This document shows, in pieces, positions 35,457 to 46,648 of a DNA stretch of 64,000 nt (positions are counted from its first letter, which is position 1; every line of letters begins with the position of its first letter). The stretch comes from Lophium mytilinum (lineage: Eukaryota), in assembly GCA_010093605.1 (NCBI GenBank), contig MU004184.1:1498801-1562800 (forward strand). The letters run 5' to 3'. The position numbers and the translations under genes are program-made. The notes under the pieces are model-generated. The model worked only from the letters and a program-made list of their open reading frames with translations. It did not search any database and was not told the DNA's origin.

Positions 35457-37374
35457 TTAGGTTCCCATGTAGGTGGAAGGGTCGACACCGGCCTCTGGAA
35501 ATTCTCTGATGATTTTGTCAGCGTGATCCTTGGTGTCCTAGGGGTCTACTTACTCGAGAGAAACAGCGAAGCGCTTCTCGATGGACTTCAGAACCTCCTC
35601 ATCTTCGGCGGTGGCGACGAAGGAGATACTGAGACCCTTGGTGCCAAAGCGGCCAGCACGTCCAACACGATGTAGATACGAGTCGGAGTCGTTCGGGAGA
35701 TCGTAGTTGATAGCGAGGTTGATGCGCTCGATGTCGATTCCACGGCCGAACACGTCGGTGGCGACGCAGATACGCTTGTTAAACTCTTTGAATTCCTTGT
35801 AGCGCTTGATACTTCTCAACAATTAGCTGACTGTACACCGATATGAGAAGGAATAGACGTACCGCTCTTCTTGACTAACACCAGAATGAACGGCGATGCT
35901 GGGGAAGTTGCACTCGCGGAGCAATTTGTCGAGTTCAGTGGCGCGCATGGTGCTCTTTACGAAGATGATGACCTGGTTGAACTCCAAGGTGTCAAGGAGG
36001 TCGTTTAGCTTGCGATTCTTCTCGCCTTCGCCCAGCTTGATGTAGTATTGCTGGAGGCCGTGGAGAGTGAGCTTCTCCTGATTGTCGATGTAAATCTCAA
36101 GAGGATTCTGCATGAACTTCTTGCAGACGGGACGGATGTCCTCAGAGAGAGTTGCGCTGAACATCATTACCTGCTTCTGCTGAGGAGTCGCGCGGAAGAT
36201 CTCTTGCACATCACGGCGCATGTCTTTCGAGTGATGTTAGCATAGTCCATCGAAGAATTTGGAAGGGATAGGGTGAGCGCACCAATTTGATCGAGCATCT
36301 TGTCGCATTCATCGAGAACGAAACGCTGGATATTACCCAGGCGCAACTTCTTCTCGCGGACGAGGGCGTTCAGGCGGCCAGGAGTGGCAACGATGATGTG
36401 CGGGTGTTGGTCCTTGTTCGCAAGCATATCGATGTCCTTCTGCATGGGAGTACCACCGTAGAATACGGCGGTCTTCACTTCCGGCATGTATTTGCTGAAG
36501 CGAGCGTACTCGTTCTTGATTTGGTAGGCCAACTCGCGGGTATGGCACATAACAAGAACGGAGGTTTCTCCGGCCACAGGTTCAATCTGCTGCAGCGTCG
36601 CGAGGACGAAGACTGCGGTCTTGCCTAGACCGGATTTGGCCTGGCAAACGACATCTGTTCCGAGGATGGCCTGGGGGATGCAGGCTTGCTGGACTGTACA
36701 GAGAACCGAGAAGTTAGACAAGATTCCAAAAGTTGATAACAAGAAGCAATTAGGTGTCGCGTCCGTCCATCAAGAGTCTTCAAAGGTGTGCCGGTCCAGA
36801 GAAAGCCTTGCAACTCAAATCCTCCTCAACATCTCAATATAACCACTATATCCTCCCTCCACAACCTGCACCATAGTACAAGGCTGTGCCCACAGCCCCG
36901 GAAGTCCTCCTCGTCACACTCTCAAGCTCGGGTTTACACGAGAATGAGGGATATCGACTCGATGTTCGAAGAGCGAAAACGCTCTGGGCCAGCGCTGCAG
37001 TCGAAATACAGCGTGGCGCACCATTCCATGGCGCTCTTGTGACTTCTCCGGGGCCTTTGTCGGGACTTTTTTATATATATGGACCGGAGACTCGTTGCGT
37101 AGATGGACGGACGCGTCGGGGGGGATATTGGGGAATGGTAAGACTAACCCTCCGAAGGATGTTCGAATCCGCAATCGGTGATCGCGCGTAGGAGCTCCGG
37201 CTTTAGAAGGAAATCGCGAAAGCCGGTCGTGTGGATTCCGACATAGCTGCCCTTGGCGTCGGCAGCAGTGTCGGCGACCTTCTTGTCGCCAGTGGCAGCC
37301 GCACCGTTGGTGGGCAGATCGGTCTGTTGCAGTTCGTCGTCCGAATAGTCGATGAGATCTTCTTCGTGAGACAT
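35457..37374 (-). CDS. SUB2: DEAD/DECD-box RNA helicase Sub2/UAP56; 5 exons
   Basis: [73 protein letters not shown]. The last exon ends [15 protein letters not shown]. Confidence 0.97.
36694..37148 (-). other. 455-nt highly self-complementary first intron of SUB2 (candidate structured cis-regulatory or intronic RNA)
   Basis: gttagt donor at 37148, ctaac branch and tacag acceptor at 36694. Nested complementary blocks: 37102-37115/36758-36771 (14 bp perfect), 37088-37093/36774-36779, 37080-37087/36791-36798, 37041-37054/36895-36906. Confidence 0.7.
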
Positions 37375-37815
37375 CTTGGCGGTTCGATCGAGTTCGATAC
37401 TACAAGATTCAACGGTGGCCGGAAGGCGAACGAGCGGGACGCTGTGGTTGGCGTCGAACGACCGAGGGTGAGGGGCTCAGTGAGCAGGCTGGCGGACGAT
37501 GCACACAAGGCGGGGTCGACCGAGAGATACGGTCTGATAGCTGAGGTGAAAGAGTTAGTAACTTGACGCAAGTGTGCTGCGCAGTTGCTGGTGGCGAGGT
37601 TGACGGCGACGGTGTACGAGGCGTGGAGGAGGAAAGTAGGACGCGAGCAGAGATGAAGTTGAAGAAGGCGGCCGCGATTGACGGTGCCAAGCCGCGCTAG
37701 TGCTAGTGCCCACACGTGATGCGGCTGAGTCAACGCCCGCTATTATTCTAATACTTTCTACCCACGCCATTAGCAAACGGTCCACGAGGAATTCATTGAC
37801 CAGGCACAGATTCAG

Positions 37816-38400
37816 ATGGCTAAGACAAAGGAGCCAAAAGGCCGGAAGAACATTCCAAACAAGCATCTTCACGCCCGCGTCTCATATCTCTACCAAGCAG
37901 CCTCATACCTCTCGCTTCAGACTCCAGACAGCCAGCACAAAGAGATCAAAGAAAGGAGTCGGCCCCAAGAAGGGGATGCACTCAATACCACCGCGTCATC
38001 AACCAAACTTTCTGAAGAGAGCGAGACAGGGCACGAAGAACACACTCAACATACGACTAAAAAATCCCCACAATCTGGACTGGCGCTCTTCCTAGGATCC
38101 CAACTCCGATCTGTCTCGCAGAAAGGCCAAGTCCGACTCTCTCGGGACCTCAAACGATCCATCTGCAAATCCTGCAATGCTTTTCTTGTTCCTGGTCGCA
38201 ATTCCACAACATCTATGGAGAACACCAGCCGAAATGGAAAAAAGCCATGGGCGGACGTCCTCGTGATCGAGTGTCAAACTTGCGGGTCTAAGAAGCGATT
38301 CCCCGTAGGTAGCAAATGCCAGGCCAGAAAGTCAGAGCGGGTGAGCATCAAATCAAGCACAAGGGACGCGGATGAGCCAATGATTGTGGATGGATCTTGA
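37816..38400 (+). CDS. RPR2: RNase P subunit Rpr2/Rpp21 family
   Basis: NKHLHARVSYLYQAASYL, LRSVSQKGQVRLSRDLKRSICKSC..LVPG, and VLVIECQTCGSKKRFP zinc ribbon. Confidence 0.9.
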   Translation: MAKTKEPKGRKNIPNKHLHARVSYLYQAASYLSLQTPDSQHKEIKERSRPQEGDALNTTASSTKLSEESETGHEEHTQHTTKKSPQSGLALFLGSQLRSVSQKGQVRLSRDLKRSICKSCNAFLVPGRNSTTSMENTSRNGKKPWADVLVIECQTCGSKKRFPVGSKCQARKSERVSIKSSTRDADEPMIVDGS

Positions 38401-39071
38401 AACATCTCTAAAGATCCCACACGGTCCGTCACTCAGCATACTAGTGTTTTTCGTCAAAATATCCATAAGAGGCACTTCCTTATAAGAGGCAATCTCCGAT
38501 ACAGCCCCCTGAATGCAAGGTCGGACTCTTATGGAACCTGAGGCTTATCACAAATCTCAATTGCGGTCAACACGCCCCGAATTGCCACGTATTATCAAGG
38601 TTCACGAGCCCTCCAGACTTCGCTGTTTCGCCTCATGTCACGATCCAGCCAATATACCTAATCCGAGTGACGCTGCTGAAGCCTAGAGTCTGCAAGGTTC
38701 GGAGCGATTCCGTTACCATCACGTCAAAGAGGCATGGGAAACTTCTCGCAGACACTATGTTCCCCGTTTGCTACGCGGTGCTATCGTACAGTCATTACCC
38801 TAATCCGTTCCATCAATTTGGAGAAAACTCATCAGCGGTCGTGTCACCGTTCCCAATACTTCCAATCCCTAAGTCGTATACAAGAAAAGAGGGCTCAATG
38901 CTAGTGCTTCCAGCAAGGAATGAAAGAAAACCGACCCAGTCATAGCCCATTACGCTCCATCATGATCTTGTTCATCGTGACTCGTGATGCAAGAACTCAA
39001 TCCCAAGAAAAATCAAACCAGCAAAGAAGGAAAGAAGAAAATTACTACTCCAAGCCGCATTCAACCATCAC

Positions 39072-41121
39072 CTAGAAACTGTCCGAAGACCGATCACGAT
39101 CACGCCTCCCTCCCTTGCTTTTGCGTCGCCTCTCACTCCTCCTGTGATCCGCGGTCTCGGAATCGCTCGGATAGCTGTCATAAGAACCGTCTTCGAGGTC
39201 ACGATCCTTGTCCCTCCTGCTTCCATGCCGCTTCCTACTGCTACCGCGGCTGCTGTGATCTCGGCGGTCTTTTGAACGTCCGCTCGACCTGTCGTCCGCG
39301 CCGCTGATATCCCGGGATCCCTTTTTTCTACACACCGGACAAAAGAAATCAGTATACCGCCCCCGAAAAGAAAATACAAACCAAGCAAGGTCTACCGTAA
39401 TATAAAACTCCTACTTACTTCTCGTGGCGCTTCTCCAACGTCGCGCCGCCGTAGCCGCCGATGGCCATGCCTACAAGCGTGCTTAGCGTCCCGTGATGCA
39501 CCTGATTGCCTGCAAAGCCTCCAGCCAACGCACCTACAGCCCCTGCCGCTAACTTCTTGTCCTCCGAGTCAAGGTTGAGTTTGTCCAACCTATCACGGAC
39601 TTGGTCAGTCATGCGGCTACGGCTGCGTCCACTACCCACAGACCTCGTTCTGTGAGAGTGGCCTCCAGAGCGTTTCTTGTGCCGATGCGACGATCGGCCA
39701 CTGTCGTGGCGGCTGGGGACACCTGCGATGGCGAGTTGGTCGTCGTGGTGGTCGAGGGATGGCTGAGAGAACGACGGTTGGCGGTAGAATGGAGGTGGGG
39801 AAGGGTAGTGGTTGGCTGGCGCAACATAGGCTGGCTGTTGAGTAGCATATTCGGCCGGATTATAGGGGGCATAGCCGGTAGGGCTGGGTGCATATGTGGC
39901 AGATTGCGGAGGCGTGTAAGCTGCAGGCGTGTACCGTGCTGCAGATTGCGATATGGATCCAGGGCGCAATGCCGGGGAAGACGCATATGCAGGCGAGTAT
40001 GAAGGCTGCGGGGTGTTAGAGCTGGACTGCTGCTGCAACCATGTTGCGAAAAGCGGTTCGAAAGAAGGATAGAGAGAAATATCAAGAGGAGACTTCGGAG
40101 GCGAAAAAGGATTCAGAGGTGATGGACTTGATGGAATTGTGTTTAGGGGTGACCTCGTCCGCGAAATGGACGCCATCCTCGGCGCCTTTTCTCTTGAGTG
40201 CAATATAGATGGTGTGCGAGTCAAAGGGGCAGAATAAGAAGAAGCAACCCCAACAGGGTTGCTGATAGTTGAGCTGCGAGAAATAGGGGTAGAAGAAAAG
40301 AGAGGATTCAGAGGGGGAGGGAGGTTGCTGAAAGAAGAACTGCGAGAAGTGGGACGCGTCCCGGAAGAGGCGGGAACACTCAGATTACCCAAATGAAATG
40401 GAGTCGAGCTCTGCGAACCAGAGCGCGGCCCAGGAGAACCACGAGAAACATTATGCGTTCCAGGAGAAACAGATACAGGAAAGCTGCTGAAAAAACTCGA
40501 ACTCGGAAGGCGAAATAAAGGCGTATTTACCTGCTGGGGTGGAGGATAGTGCTCATTTCCTCCTGGCGGCGGTGGATAGTACTCGTTCCCTACCGCCGCG
40601 CCAGCAGCCGCAGCAACTGGAATGACTGGAGCGACCGGGGGAGAAGGGTAGTCGGCCGGATTGTACGGGCGAGCTGCATACTCTCCAGTCGGAGGCGGCG
40701 AAAAGTGCGGTTCTCGACGATCGGGTCGTCCCATCGTTTCCTCCTCTTCTCTGGCTATCTGCTCCTGTCGAGCTTGGCGCTTGTCCCTACTCCGACTGAG
40801 ACTGCGACTGATGCTCCTGCTCCAGCTTCTACGCGCTCTTCGGCGTCCGTGTCTGCTCTCCTCGCGCTCGCTGCCTGTATCGCTGTGGTCGATCGAGTCG
40901 CGACGAGAGTGACGATCTGGCGGGTTGGACTGCGTCCTGCTCGACCGTCGTCGTCCGTCCTTGCTCCGATGCGCGTCTTCCCGCTTCTTGCGGCCTTTCT
41001 TGATATCCTTCTTCTCCTGTGGTGTGAAGTAGTGGCCGACTCCGGGAATCTTCTCAAAGGCCTTGTCGGGGATCCTCTCGGCGCCGTAGGCGATTGCCTT
41101 GAAAGCCAGATTGGCCGCCAT
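39072..41121 (-). CDS. Low-complexity protein with a glycine-zipper (2TM-like) motif near the C-terminus; last intron about 39328-39418, possible retained intron 40033-40530
   Basis: ORF 39415-41121 contains LAAGAVGALAGGFAGNQVHHGTLSTLVGMAIGGYGGATLEKRHEK. A gtaagt..tag intron links it to the R/S/D-rich terminal exon in ORF 39072-39335. Confidence 0.75.
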
Positions 41122-42850
41122 GGTGGATTAGGGCTGATAAACCGGTTCAGGCGTTGACGTAAGGCGCGGAGAAGGACAGGGCGTTGTAGACGGTGATTGG
41201 AGAGGAGGGACTCGGCTAGCAAGGTTTCAGTGTTCGGTGATTGGAGCAGCTCTGGATAGAATAGAGAGATGCTAGAGATCGCTGTATAAGAGTTTTCGCT
41301 AGGTGGAGGCCTCGAGAGCAGTGAAGTTTGCCTCTGTAAATAGGGCCGTGCGGATTGTGGTCTTAAGAAAGGACCCCCATCGCCGTCGATGGCGCTTGAG
41401 GTGGGCTCGTGAGCCGACTGACAACAAACCACCGGGGTCAGTGGCGGCCCGGGCCTGGAGGTGATGTCATTGCAAGCGCGGTCACCTCACCGCCTCACTG
41501 CAAGCCAACAGCAAGAGCCGCATGCGCAGACTTCTTACGATCGCCCGAATCGGCAGGGGAACCTCTGCAAAAACGCCGCGTCGGCAGTGCTTTCACTCGT
41601 CCACACCCCGCGCCGGGTGGGATGACTTGTCAACCAGAAAAAGCATTCCAACTTCGGGCCTTAGAAGATGCCCGACGGCGTCCGCGTGCTCACGATCCCG
41701 TCTGGACTTTGTTGCGACGATTCCTGTGCACAATGAGACACTCATCTTCCGAATGCCCGGTGAGGGCTTGCCCTCGCATCTTGAATCTTGCAGTGTGCAG
41801 CATGCTGGACCCTGGGCCTCCAGAGTCTGGCCCATCCATGCATATCTGTCATTCGGACTGTACCGACCCCGGACTGACTACTCCGCAAACGCCTTGGTTC
41901 TAGGACGTGCAGGAAAGGGGCACCGTGTCATAGGACAGGATTCTAAAAGGCGGCAGTACCATATGTTCGATGACGCCAGCACAGGCACCGTGTATATTGT
42001 GACACCTGTCACAGAAGATCGTGGAATTATCCCGCCCACCGCTCTTGTCTTACTGACAGGAGCCCTGGGATTAGTGGTCTAGTTCTACAACAACCAAGCG
42101 TCATGTCATCGTCAGATTTGGGGAAGTGTAGAAGCTGTGGTTGTAGTGGTAGCTAAGTCATGCATGTTCCAGTCAGACTCGGGTTCTGTCTCATACTGCA
42201 AATAGCCTCACCATATGTGCCGTTCTATGTGCGTATTTATGTCTTCATAGATTGACAGTGGAATACCTTCCACTGTTTTCACACCATCTGTCTACCTTAA
42301 GCAACCGGTCGACATGTAGAAACTCCATGGGAAGCCCCTTCCAGGAAGTAGCCCTTCAACATCATCGCCAATCCCGTCGGTCTGGGCTCAATAGATATAA
42401 GTATGAAATTAGCAGACCTTAAGCCTAGATCGCACTCATCAATGCCTAGGGTCCTTATGTTCATGGCCATTTCAGAGGCTCAGACACATTCTCGGCCAAA
42501 AATCCTAGGCTTCACTTTCACCAGAATACATCATCGTCGAAAAACGTCTCGCCAGTCTCTTAAGCTATCACAAATACGGCCACTCCATCTACTGGAAATC
42601 ACATTTTCAAATCACTACTGTCGACCCAGCGGTAATGACAGTCCACAATGCAGTCGCTCTGACTGAATTCACGTATGCTGCCAGCACATTGTGAACGCTG
42701 TATGTATTAGGTTTCACATAAAAGACCAGTAAGAATCTCGTATAAAGTTGAGCTGGAAACTCGCATTGTATTATCCTCCCTTCAACCTTAACAGTCTATT
42801 TCGTTCAGCATCGCATCGCATCGCAACGTTCACATCTACGATCACACGCC

Positions 42851-43357
42851 ATGCACCCCACGAGCTTCTCTGTCTCTACCCCTTCGGGCACCAAGCATTT
42901 CGGGCCTGTGACCGCCGGATTCGCTCTCAGCTCTTGCAAGCAGGACGATTTCTATCCACTCTCAGTGAAGGGGTTCGATGAGTACAATGATGATGGTAGT
43001 CTCGATGTATATGCTTGCATACATCTTACCATCCCGAGCAATGCTGTCATCGTCTCTGACCCAGTTGCGGAAGACATGTGCGGAGAGATGTACTCCTTGC
43101 GAATCTTACCCGCCTATGAAGACAGAGAGGCTGTCGCTACAATCACGTGGGGCCGCGTTGAGGTTCGCGTAACAGCTATAGGCTTTATCGATATTGATGT
43201 AGTCCCAAGCTCCCAGATCACAGAGTGTACAGCACAATCTCGCCCCAAAGTAACCTCTAACGACGTGGATCGTCTTGGAGACCAGATTGGGGGGATGGAC
43301 CTCGATGGAGTCAACAGCGATGTCAATGATCTCTTCGGCAGCATGAGCATGAAGTGA
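42851..43357 (+). CDS. Hypothetical 168-aa orphan protein
   Basis: Clean ATG-TGA ORF with C-ending codon bias, a good start context (cgccATG) and a TATA-like cgtataaag at about 42740. No recognised domain. Confidence 0.55.
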   Translation: MHPTSFSVSTPSGTKHFGPVTAGFALSSCKQDDFYPLSVKGFDEYNDDGSLDVYACIHLTIPSNAVIVSDPVAEDMCGEMYSLRILPAYEDREAVATITWGRVEVRVTAIGFIDIDVVPSSQITECTAQSRPKVTSNDVDRLGDQIGGMDLDGVNSDVNDLFGSMSMK

Positions 43358-43688
43358 TGCTTTCCCGATGAGCGCAGCTATAGACAGCCCTTGCCCTCGA
43401 GGTTCCCCTCTCACCCATGTATCCACCGTGTAGTCTAGTACGTGAGCGACTTACTCCTTACCTTTCTAGATGGTACCAAGCTAGATCCATAACAAAATGA
43501 CGTTCGAATCCCGGTCCCCCATTCTCCATCTTGATGCTTATGTATTCGGTGACGTGCCAGATGAGAACATTCTTCGGACAGCATGTATTACTTTCCCATC
43601 ATCATTCCCTGAAGTCTTTCCTATCAATGTGATACTAGCCTAGCCTTGGTCCTCGAACACTTCGCGAAAGTTATGACCGACACAGTCG

Positions 43689-43728
<40 letters not shown>
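43689..43728. repeat. (CTA)13 / (TAC)n microsatellite
   Basis: Perfect trinucleotide run read directly. Confidence 0.97.
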
Positions 43729-43729
43729 A

Positions 43730-44280
43730 CGGAAGCATGGACACTTGTATATGGCTTACTACTGCGTAGGAGAGACCTTCTCTCCTCACTCATTCCACAA
43801 TATAATCACTTTCTATTCAATTGAGTTACTCCCGACTTGCAGTCCTTCGGTGCACTACAAGTCTCTGGGATTTGCTCCTTCGAAGACTATTCTGCCGTCA
43901 CTTTGATAATTAAGATCCATCTACGACCAACCGTCCCAAGCGCGCTTTCCCTTTAATAGTAGTCTAATCTCAATAGCCATCGGCACCTTGTCGAAACCTA
44001 AACACCTCCTCGCCCCGGAGCCTATTGCAACGCCAGTCTAGCGATTTCAACCCAGCCACAGTACTCTCTCCATGTTGTGGAAGCATGACTCGCCTCAAGT
44101 TCCATGTGTCTCCTAACATCTTCACGGCTTCTTCTACAACTTCAAGAACTTGTAGTGCACCGAAGGACTGCAAGTCGGGAGTAACTCAATTAAATAGAAA
44201 GTGATTATATTGTGGAATGAGTGAGGAGAGAAGGTCTCTCCTACGCAGTAGTAAGCCATATACAAGTGTCCATGCTTCCG
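43730..44280. repeat. 133-bp near-perfect inverted repeat (arms 43730-43862 and 44148-44280) with a 285-bp spacer; fold-back or MITE-like
   Basis: The arms are reverse complements with a single mismatch (left ttCaattg versus right caattAaa). No target-site duplication is visible. Confidence 0.92.
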
Positions 44281-46648
44281 CTTTTCCTTCCAATCATAGA
44301 TCCTGAGATGTAGTGGATATGTAGGTCACGTGAAGCGCTAGTCTCATACATGACTAGCACGATGTCAGCGCGGCCCGAGACGTCCTTCCTACCTGAGTCT
44401 CGTCACCAACGACCAGACAGAAGCCGGAGCACATGCGGCCAGTGTGCAGGGCGGGCCGCACATCTGCGAATGGTGCTAGATCGGCAAGGACACTCTGTGA
44501 AGACTTGATGTAAGCATCATCACTCCTTTAATCGTTTGCCTCTGTATTACGAAAAGGGGTCACAACGTCGAAAGGTATTTGACACATTTGAGGAAGAGAG
44601 CGGATCGGGTTGTGAGAATGCCATGCGGATTGACTGAGTATAGATAAGACTTTGCTGACACGTCGAGGGGTCGCTAACCTCTCCACACTGCTCCACTATG
44701 CTCGGGATTTTGGAGGTATTGTTCCGATCGTACCCATGCCTCTACGTGGACTGATCAGATTCATGTACTGGTTGACGGAAGACTCGGAGTAAGAAACGAA
44801 AAGGCATCCTCTGTCTCAGTGGCATGTCGCTTTCCCCCTTCGAGGATAGATATGCATGCCATCAATACAGGCTAAGGGAGGTCTCAGCGTAGGTGACGTC
44901 ACACATCTCAAACCTCGGATAGCTCACAGGCAATATCTTCATCTCTATCATTTATTATTACCTAACATTCCAACCCCCTCTCCATTTCAGCTTCATCCGG
45001 GATCTTTTCCGGATCGTCTTGTCGTCCTATCAGCTCGCTGCCTTTGAGTCCAATCACGCACGCCCGGGGGAACCCTTCCACCCGCTTTATCCATATCCCG
45101 TACCGTGTGCAGGCTAATGCAGGTAGCACACCATCAGAAGCTTATGAACTATGCGCTTACCACAGTAGCTGCTACAGTCGAGGCTCTTTTCGCTGCATCT
45201 GCAGGTGCGTTACTGCGTATGTCGCAGTAGCGTGCCAAACCGGCTGTACTCGGAGGATTCTTAGCTGTTGCTTTCTGTTGAGCAACACCCCACTGGTTGC
45301 CAATGAGAGGCGATTTGTAAACGCATTGGGTATTAATAGCACCATCGCTGCGCCGTGGGGTTCTGGATGGATCTGGCAGATAACGGCTCCCACAAAGGCA
45401 CGGTCAGTCCCGAGGCTTGGGACAAGTGGTCGACGAACTACTTGTCCATGGGAAATGGCGCTGAAGATGCGGAGCTTTCAGGTGGCGGGTAGTGCGAAGA
45501 ACTTTGGAGCGATGGCTGGTCCACTAAATGCACCCAGTGGCAAAGCTCCGGCGGTAAATCGGACCCTCACAATGGTGCCTGGACGGACTGATGTGGATAC
45601 AGACAGTCGCGTGCAGAGCCTTCAGATCGTACCACCGAACGTCTACCAGTAAACAGCGTCACAACATTTCAGCAGGCCCCAGGTGTGCGAAATAGCGATC
45701 TGGTGGACGACCATCGTTTCAGGCCTTTCGAAATAGCGAGATTCAAGACCCCGGTGATGCCAGGGAGGCTGAATTGAGATCACCTCAAAATCCAGGGCAT
45801 CTTGAAGTGGTCCCAGATGCTAATTGTGACCACGGCTCCGGCGAAGTTGTCCCATGATGGTGGAGTACGAGCACCAGCTTCCCAAATGGATGCTAGATGC
45901 GCAAGGCTCCAGTATTATCCTGAGACGACCGGGGTTTCTGTGCAACCGTGCACAGCGTTGCCCAGGCCGCGCTTAGGATATGCTCCCGCCCACTAAAGAG
46001 CGAGCCTGCATGTGTTGATGATGGAGTACATTCCGGATGAGGGGGCTGGTAGACGCACAAGCCGCCGTAATCCTCCAGTGCAGCGTCCGCACAGCTACGA
46101 ACCTCTCTCCCTGCGCTATTTTGTGCCTCAATATTGACACTGGTGGCAGGCGGCGGCGGGGAGAGGCTAGAAGTGAGGGGAACCACTGGCGCCGATCTGG
46201 GAACCGGGGTTGTTGTTGAGGGTGGGGAGAGCTCGGCTGGTGGTAGCACTCTAACCACCACTCTTTCCGACCAATCGCCCGCCGTGTTTAGGCCAATTCG
46301 ACCGCATTCGCATCATCGATGGCTGTAAAGAGCGGTTCACTAGCTGCTAACATGGAGGCGACGCGTACATCATCGCCGGCGTCTGCGACATGCCCAGCCT
46401 GCAAGACGATCGTTGGTGGCTAGCACCACCAGCCCGCCCACGGTTCAGGGTGGCCGTCAGGTGCTACATAACTCCCCCCTCGCCGCATTCTCATTTTCTT
46501 CTTCTCTAGCATCTCTGTCAATCCAAAAGTCACCAGCCTGCCACTGTTATCTTTTGCTTTAGTTGACTGATACCTCGTTCATCAGTCTTCTGTCCTTCGC
46601 TGAGCTCCTCTGTGAACCTACTCCAAAGGTTGAGCCATATTTATCATA

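Noticed and set aside
36860..37070. RNase P/MRP RNA inside the SUB2 intron (aaagtccc motif, RPR2 next door)
   Set aside because: No convincing matching CR-V/P4 partner was found by eye, and the adjacency to RPR2 is probably coincidental. An Rfam cmscan would settle it.
41409..42082. ORFs of 164 and 186 aa
   Set aside because: They overlap, show no codon bias or domain, and lie in the upstream region of the glycine-zipper gene.
43424..43521. Intact tRNA gene
   Set aside because: The T-loop-like motif is present, but no acceptor or T-stem pairing could be built. Kept only as a SINE-like hypothesis.
45044..45652. 202-aa ORF
   Set aside because: Non-ATG start, no recognisable features, and within the long promoter region of the PIR gene.
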